DNA of 64,000 nt from Flaccisagitta enflata (Eukaryota). Shown here piece after piece: positions 57,615-64,000 of this stretch. Location: assembly GCA_965153355.1 (NCBI GenBank), contig OZ231126.1, positions 25,916,001-25,980,000 on the forward strand. Reading direction: 5' to 3'. How positions within the stretch are numbered: the stretch's first letter is position 1; the number at the start of each line of letters is the position of its first letter. Below the pieces are notes generated by a model. That model had not been told where the DNA came from. It saw only the letters and a program-made list of their open reading frames with translations, and did not search any database. Made by a program: the position numbers and the translations under genes.

Positions 57615-59196
57615 TTTTTAGTCGCGTGCACGCGACTCTATAACCCGCTCTGTCGGTTGGTCCGTCCGTCTGTCCGTCCGTCCGTAACACTTTGCTTTTT
57701 TTTGTCGTTTTACGTCATTTTAGGGTATTTTACATCATTTTAAGTCATTTTAAGTCATTCTAAGTCATTTCCAGTCATTTTCAGTTAATTTTAGTCACTT
57801 AAGTCATTTTGTCATTTTTTGTCATTTTTGTCATTTTATATCATTATAAGTCATTTTAAGTCATTCTTAGTCATTCTAAGTTATTCTAAGTCATTCTAAG
57901 TCATTACAAGTCATTCTAAGTCATTACAAGTCATTCTAAGTCATTCTAAGTCACTCTAAGTTATTTTTTGGCTTTTGAAGTTTTTAGTAACACTTTGCTT
58001 TTTTGCATCGTTATTGGTCAATTTTGGTCGTCTGGAGTCATTTTGAGTCATTTTTTTGTTGTTTTTGGTCATTTTTGGTTGCGTTTAGTTATTTTTGGTT
58101 GCTTTTAGTCATTTTTGGTCATTTTTGATCATTCATGTCACTTTGTACATTTAAACCATTTGTGTCATTTTTGGGCATTAGAAATAGTTTTAAGTCATTT
58201 TAAGTCATTTTGGAACATTTCAGGTCATTTTTGGTCATTTAACATGTTTTTTTGGTTTTTGTTTTTTTTTTTTTTTTTGTTTTTGGTTTTTTTTTGTTTT
58301 TTTGTTTTTTGTTTTTGTTTTTTTTGTTTTTGGGTTTTTGGTTTTTGTTATTTTATTTTTTTAAAATTTTTTTGTTTTTTTATTTTTTGGTCATTTATGT
58401 TTTTTGGTACGTTATGGTCATTTATGTTTTTTGGTATGTTTTTGTCATATATGTCATGTCAAGTCTGCTGGTTTCAAGTTGGCTGATTAAGGTCTCCTGG
58501 TTTAAGTCTGCTGGTCAAGTCTGCTGGTTTAAGTCTGCTGGTTTAAGTTGGCTGGTTTAAGTTGGCTGGTTTAAGTTGGCTGGTTTAAGTCTGCTGGTTT
58601 AAGTCTGCTGGTTTAAGTCTGCTGGTTTAAGTCTGCTGGTTTAAGTCTGCTGGTTTAGGTCTGCTGGTCTAAGTCTTCTGGTTTAAGTCTGCTGGTTTGA
58701 GTCTGCTGGTTTGAGTCTGCTGGTTTGAGTCTGCTGGTTTGAGTCTGCTGGTTTGAGTCTGCTGGTTTGAGTCTGCTGGTTTGAGTCTGCTGGTTGAAGT
58801 ATGCTGGTTTAAGTATGCTGGTTTAAGTATGCTGGTTTAAGTCTGCTGGTTTGGGTCTGGTTTGAGTCTGGTTTGAGTCTGGTTTGAGTCTGGTTCATGT
58901 CTGGTTCATGTCTGGTTTAAGGCTGGTTTATGTCTGGTTTATGTCTGGTTTATGTCTGGTTTATGTCTGGTTTATGTCTGGTTTATGTCTGGTTTTGGTC
59001 TGGTTTACATCTGGTTTTGGTCTGGTTTAGGTCTGGTTTAATTCTGGTTTGAGTCTGGTTTGAGTCTGGTTTTAGTCTGGTTTGAGTCTGGTTTGGGTCT
59101 GGTTTAAGTCTGATTTTCGATAAAAAGATAGAATAAGGAGTCAGGTCAGTTCAGTTATTTTTGTCCTGCACGCGACTTATAAGTGTTGGCCTTGTT
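57615..59196 (+). mobile_element. 1.6-kb family A element with several expanded minisatellites, inserted in the 46-bp satellite
   Basis: AGTCGCGTGCACGCGACT start, GCACGCGACT...GGCCTTGTT end; internal AAGTCATTCT, AAGTCTGCTGGTTT and GTCTGGTTT arrays; satellite resumes on both sides. Confidence 0.85.
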
Positions 59197-60154
59197 CTAT
59201 TTGAATATGGGTAATGTTTTTCAGTTCTTCCCTTGTCTTTCCCTATGTGAATATGGGTAATGTTTTTTCTGTTCCTCCCTTGTCTTCCCTATACATTTAT
59301 GGGTAATGTTTTTCAATTCTTCCCTTGAATATGGGTAATGTTTTTCAGTTCTTCCCCTGTCTCTCCCCGTATGAATATGGGTAATATTTTTCAGTTCATC
59401 CTTTGTCTTCCCCTACATCAAAATGGCTTTCATTCATCTGTACTTCCCTTGTTTTTCCCTATATGAATTTGGGTAATGTTTTTTAATTCTTCCCCTATAT
59501 CAATGAGGCTTTTGTTTCTCTATCCTTCCCTTGTCTTTCCACGTATGAATATGGGTAATGTTTTTCAGTTCTTCCTTTGTCTTTCCCTGTATGAATATGG
59601 GTAATGTTTTTTATTTTTTCCCTTGTCTCTCCCTATATCAATATGGCTTTTGTTTCTCTGTTCTTCTTGTCTTTCCCTATATGAATATAGGTAATGTTTT
59701 TCAGTTCTTCCCCTGTCTTTCCCTGTATGAATATGGGTAATGTTTTTCAGTTCTTCCCTTGTCTTCCCCTACATCAATATGGCTTTTGATTCTCTGTTTT
59801 TCCCTTGTCTTTTCCTATATGAATATGGGTAATGTTTTTCAGTTCTTCCCTTGTCTTCCCCTACATCAATATGGTTTTTGTCTCTCTGTTCATCCTTTGT
59901 CTTTCCCTATATGAATATGGGTAATGTTTTTCAAATTTTCCCTTATCTTCCCCTTTATCAATATGGCTTTTGTTTCTCTATCCTTCCCTTGTCTTTCCCT
60001 GTATAAATATAGGTAATGTTTTTCAGTTCTTCCCTTGTCTCTCCCTATTTGAATATGGGTATTGTTTCTCAGTTCTCCCCTTATCTTTCCCTTTATCAAT
60101 ATGGCTGTTGTTTCTCTGATCTTCCCTAGTCTTTCCCTGTATGAATATAGGTAA

Positions 60155-60482
60155 TAGCCTAACAACAATAAATGCAATGTCATAGAAAAGTTCTCTATCA
60201 AAGAGATACGGCCCAAAATCATGTTTACAGATGGTTCATAAAAAAAATTCAGCCCTAGAACCCCTATAAATTGGCGCCGCCACCCATCCCCTTTCCCATA
60301 ATAAAATATAGGCAAAAACCCTTCCTGTACATTTTCTATAGGATATGAGGTGGGTGGCGGCGGCAATTTTTAGAGGCCTCAGGACCAAATTTTTGTTGTG
60401 GTTCATCTGTATACATGATTTTGAGTCATATCCCTCTGATAGAGAACTTTCCCATGACTTTGCATATATTCTTGTTATGCTA
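60155..60482. mobile_element. hAT-like foldback MITE inserted in the satellite
   Basis: TAGCCTAACAA / TTGTTATGCTA termini, ~140-bp arms, 8-bp TSD ATAGGTAA/ATGGGTAA (one mismatch). Confidence 0.85.
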
Positions 60483-61909
60483 ATGGGTAATGTTTTTCAG
60501 TTCTTCCCTTGTCTTCCCCTACATCAATATGGCTTTTGTTTCTCTGTTCTTCCCTTGTCTTTCCCTATATGAATATGGGTAATGTTTTTTAGTTCTTCCC
60601 TTGTCTTCCCCTACATCAATATGGCTTTTGTTTCTTTGTTCTTCCCTTGTCTTTCCCTGTATGAATATGGGTAATGTTTTTCAGTTCTTCCCTTGTCTTC
60701 CCCTACATCAATATGGCTTTTGTTTCTCTGTTTTACCCTTGTCTTTCCCTGTGTGAATATGGGTAATGTTTTTCAGTTCTTCCCTTGTCTTCCCGTACAT
60801 CAATATGGCTTTTGTTTCTCTGTTTTACCCTTGTCTTTCCCTGTATGAATATGGGTAATGTTTTTCAACTCTTCCCTTGTCTTTCTTATTTCATTATGGC
60901 TTTTGTTTCTCTGTTCATCCCTTGTCTTTCCCTGTATGAATATGGGTAATGTTTTTCAGTTTTTCTTTGTCTTACCCTATATCAATACAGCATTTTTTCT
61001 CTGTTCTTCCCTTGTTTTTCCCTATATGAATATGTGTATTTTTCAGCTCCTCTTTGTCTCTCCCTATATCAATATGGCTTTTGTTTCTCTGTCCTTCCCT
61101 TGTCTTTCCCTATATAGATATGGGTAATGTTTTTCAGTTCTTCCCTTGTTTTTCGCTTTATCAGTATGGTTTTTTTTTCTCTGTTTTTCCTTTCTCTCTC
61201 CCTTAATGAATATGGGTAATGTTCTTCAGTTCTTCCCTTGTCTTTCTCAACATGAATATGGCTTTTATTTCTCTATTATTTCCTCATCGTATGTTCTTGT
61301 TTTACTATTATAAAATAAAATTTAAGTATTTCCACTAAACATGTTGTCAATTGCACCTGCAATTCACATGTTTGGCGACAGCCACTGGTTTTTATAGTGG
61401 TCAAAATGACGAAATTTTTGAAAATCGTTCACGAAAGTTTTTGAAGCAACTTTCAACACTGGGCAACTCGACTCTTTAACGTTTACAGAAGTTGTATACT
61501 CAACGTGTTTTGGACTCACAGTAACAGTGTTTTTATACCAACTTGTCTTTTTTTTTCACTTAAAAAAGCTTGTAGTTTTGTAGTCTTGTAGAGTATGGCG
61601 TTGTGTGCTCTGTCGCTTATGACGAATAAAAGAAATTATATATCCAAGCAAATAAATATTCATATGCAATCAAATGATTATTCATAGGATCCCCCTTTAT
61701 TATCATGGACACTGACTGCTGCTAGAATTGAAAAAGACAGGATGACCTCCAACTTTGACTTCCTCGAGGGATATTTGAGCCCGTGTCTGTCTGTCTGTCT
61801 GGCTATCTTTCTGTCTCCGACTGTCTTACTGGCTGTCTCTATTTAGAATACAAACCGGACGTGCTTTTCCAAATAACGATGAAGACATGGACCATTCATT
61901 CTCTGGAAC

Positions 61910-62080
61910 TTTTTTTTTAGTCGCGTGCACGTGACTCTACAACCCGCTTTGTCCTTTGGTCGGTCGGTCGGTTGATTGGTCACACTTTACTTTTTTTATG
62001 ATTTTATTTCTTTGACCTCACTGCTCCTCCTGGTGACCTCAAATATGGCCCCTGCCGGAATAGCCGTGTATCCGGTGTTT
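61910..62080 (+). mobile_element. Family A element with internal deletions
   Basis: Matches 53287-53505. Confidence 0.8.
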
Positions 62081-62109
62081 ACTTTACATTCATCAACTCA
62101 TCTCTGCTC

Positions 62110-62287
<178 letters not shown>

Positions 62288-62418
62288 GGGAGGTAGCGGC
62301 CCAAAGGAGTTGATGCCTTGCAGTGCACAAAGGCGTATTGATATGTATCCACCCATCTAAAAATCCCTCAATCAACTACCCACAAGGTTGGAAATTTGGT
62401 CCTTGGCTTGCAACTGGG

Positions 62419-63166
62419 CAGCTGAGTCTCCTACATTTCTAAGAAACGTAGGAATCTGGGTTAGAAAGCTTAGGATCCTAGATTTCCTAACCAACTTTAC
62501 AATGGGAAATTAAGTTTTTCTCATTTTAATTCAGAAAGCGCCACTTCAATTTTCCCAATTTTTTGGGTGATTACTAACAACGGGACGACATCCTGATGCC
62601 ATAGAATAATAGCGTCGCCACTCAACTCTAAGTTGGTGGAAAAACTGAAAGAAAAATTTCTACCTAGGTTTCTTACGTTTCTAGGTTTTCTAAGAAGATT
62701 TTGCGTAGGTTTCTTAGAATTCTAGGTTTTCCAAGGTTTACAATGTCAGTGAAAATAGAAATCTTTTCTAACTAAAGAGCGAGTCAACCAATAAAAGGAG
62801 CAAGAAATGTACGAGGAAAAAAAAATTCCATTCTTGCTGGTATTGTAAATCCTCAGAAACCTAGAATTCTAAGAAACATAAGCAACATTTTCCTAGAAAA
62901 CCTAGAAACATAAGAAACGTGGGTAGGATTTTTTCATTCACATTTTTAATATATTTACAGCAGAGTGGCGATGCTATTCTTTTATGGCATTAGGATGTCG
63001 TCCCACCGTTAGTGATCACCCAAGAAATCAGATAAAATGAAGCAGCGCTTTTTAGGATAAATTGAAAAAACTCATTTTCCTTTTGTGAAATTGGTTAGGA
63101 AACCTAGAAACGTAGGCTTCCTAACCCAGATTCCTACGTTTCTTAGAATCGTAGGAAACCCAGCTG
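62419..63166. mobile_element. Foldback element with CAGCTG termini and 5-bp flanking duplication
   Basis: CTGGG-CAGCTG...CAGCTG-CTGGG; ~330-bp imperfect arms rich in CCTAG/TTTCTAAG motifs. Confidence 0.8.
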
Positions 63167-63814
63167 CTGGGGTTTAGACTTTCAGTTTTAGGAAAAGAAG
63201 ATATGTGTATGTTTTGGCAAAAATTGTGAGGAATATGATTTTGACTAATTCATGGAAATCTCACTAACAATATTTACCACAAAAACACAAATTTACTCAT
63301 GAAAATTTGACAATGACGCTGGGCGTTACAAAAACCTACTTTTACCCAACTACCATCGCTTATCTTCTTATCAATATGAAGATACCGCTGACCAAATGCG
63401 ATCTTTGGTTTTCTAGTTTCCCTGTTTTTGCCTCCGTCTCCCGTTTTCCCCCATATTTCCCTTGAATGTATATATGGAGATGGCGTTTGAGTCCCTCCAT
63501 TGCGTGTCTCAGTCGTTGATTTGGGGAAAAGAGGAAAATAGAATAGAGAAAAGGAAAAAAAGGAAGAAAAAAAAGATATAGAACGAAGGAAAAAACAGAA
63601 GAAGTAGAAAGGACATTCTCTACTTTCTTTCTTTTTCCCCCTTTTCTCTTGCTTTGTCTTTCTTTTCTTTTTTCCTTCATCGTCGAATTCATTGGGGTGG
63701 AACGGATGACGGGAGGGCCCACAAAAAAAAGTCGCTGAATCAAGTCCATTACTGCGATGGTTTTATAATTTGAGACCTCCCTCCAAGAACAGGTTTCATG
63801 ATAATTGGGCTCTT

Positions 63815-64000
63815 TTAAAGAGGAGAAAGGGTCGACTGTTTGTTTAAACGCCCTCCGCCATCGATGTCGCCGTCCAAGTCGTTGTTCTGCGTGGGTTCCA
63901 AGTCTATTGACGACATTTGATCAGTGATATCAAAATACGTTTGGGTTGAAATTGGAGAACTGTTTTTGATCTTTACCCTGTTTGCAAAAGCAACTGCAAC
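63815..64000 (-). CDS. Possible 3' end of a coding sequence running in from beyond the window
   Basis: 61 open non-repetitive codons (VAVAFANRVK...NNDLDGDIDGGGRLNKQSTLSPL*); no recognisable domain. Confidence 0.25.
   Translation of the reverse strand, partial: VAVAFANRVKIKNSSPISTQTYFDITDQMSSIDLEPTQNNDLDGDIDGGGRLNKQSTLSPL

Larger units (their letters stand above)
56590..61275. repeat. 46-bp satellite/minisatellite array, interrupted twice
   Basis: Unit ~TTCTTCCCTTGTCTTTCCCTATATGAATATGGGTAATGTTTTTCAG with a variant ending ...CATCAATATGGCTTTTGTTTCTCTG. Confidence 0.95.
56456..61393 (+). mobile_element. Putative ~4.9-kb Helentron-like element enclosing the 46-bp satellite
   Basis: 5' TT-GTGAATTGC-GTTAA-GCAATTCAC-TAT; 3' GCAATTCAC (61359-61367), hairpin TGGCGACAGCCA (61373-61384), CTGGTTTTT. 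Same layout as family A. Confidence 0.7.

Noticed and set aside
56590-61275. Regular repeat array resembling CRISPR
   Set aside because: Units are contiguous with no unique spacers and no cas genes, in a eukaryotic context.

Overview
Repeat-dense eukaryotic (animal-like) genomic DNA. Almost all ORFs in the track are artefacts of (GA)n, (CA)n, (TTTC)n, (GAT)n, (GTT)n and (GTCC)n microsatellites. Only two coding signals are well supported: an uninterrupted 779-aa ORF with 24 C2H2 zinc fingers (45232-47571, +) and a 5'-truncated Jockey/I-group LINE reverse-transcriptase fragment (30308-30951, -). The rest is a layered set of non-autonomous mobile elements. (i) About 24 copies of a Helentron/DINE-1-like family A, whose terminal motifs differ in sequence between subfamilies but keep the same pairing. 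(ii) A second Helentron-like family B with longer subterminal inverted repeats. (iii) A ~4.9-kb element of the same architecture that appears to enclose the whole 46-bp satellite array. (iv) About ten TIR/foldback elements with readable target-site duplications (TA, 2, 4, 5 and 8 bp). Several elements are nested three deep, and a ~1-kb local duplication gives a filled/empty site pair. All alignments were done by eye, and superfamily calls rest on termini and TSD rules only.
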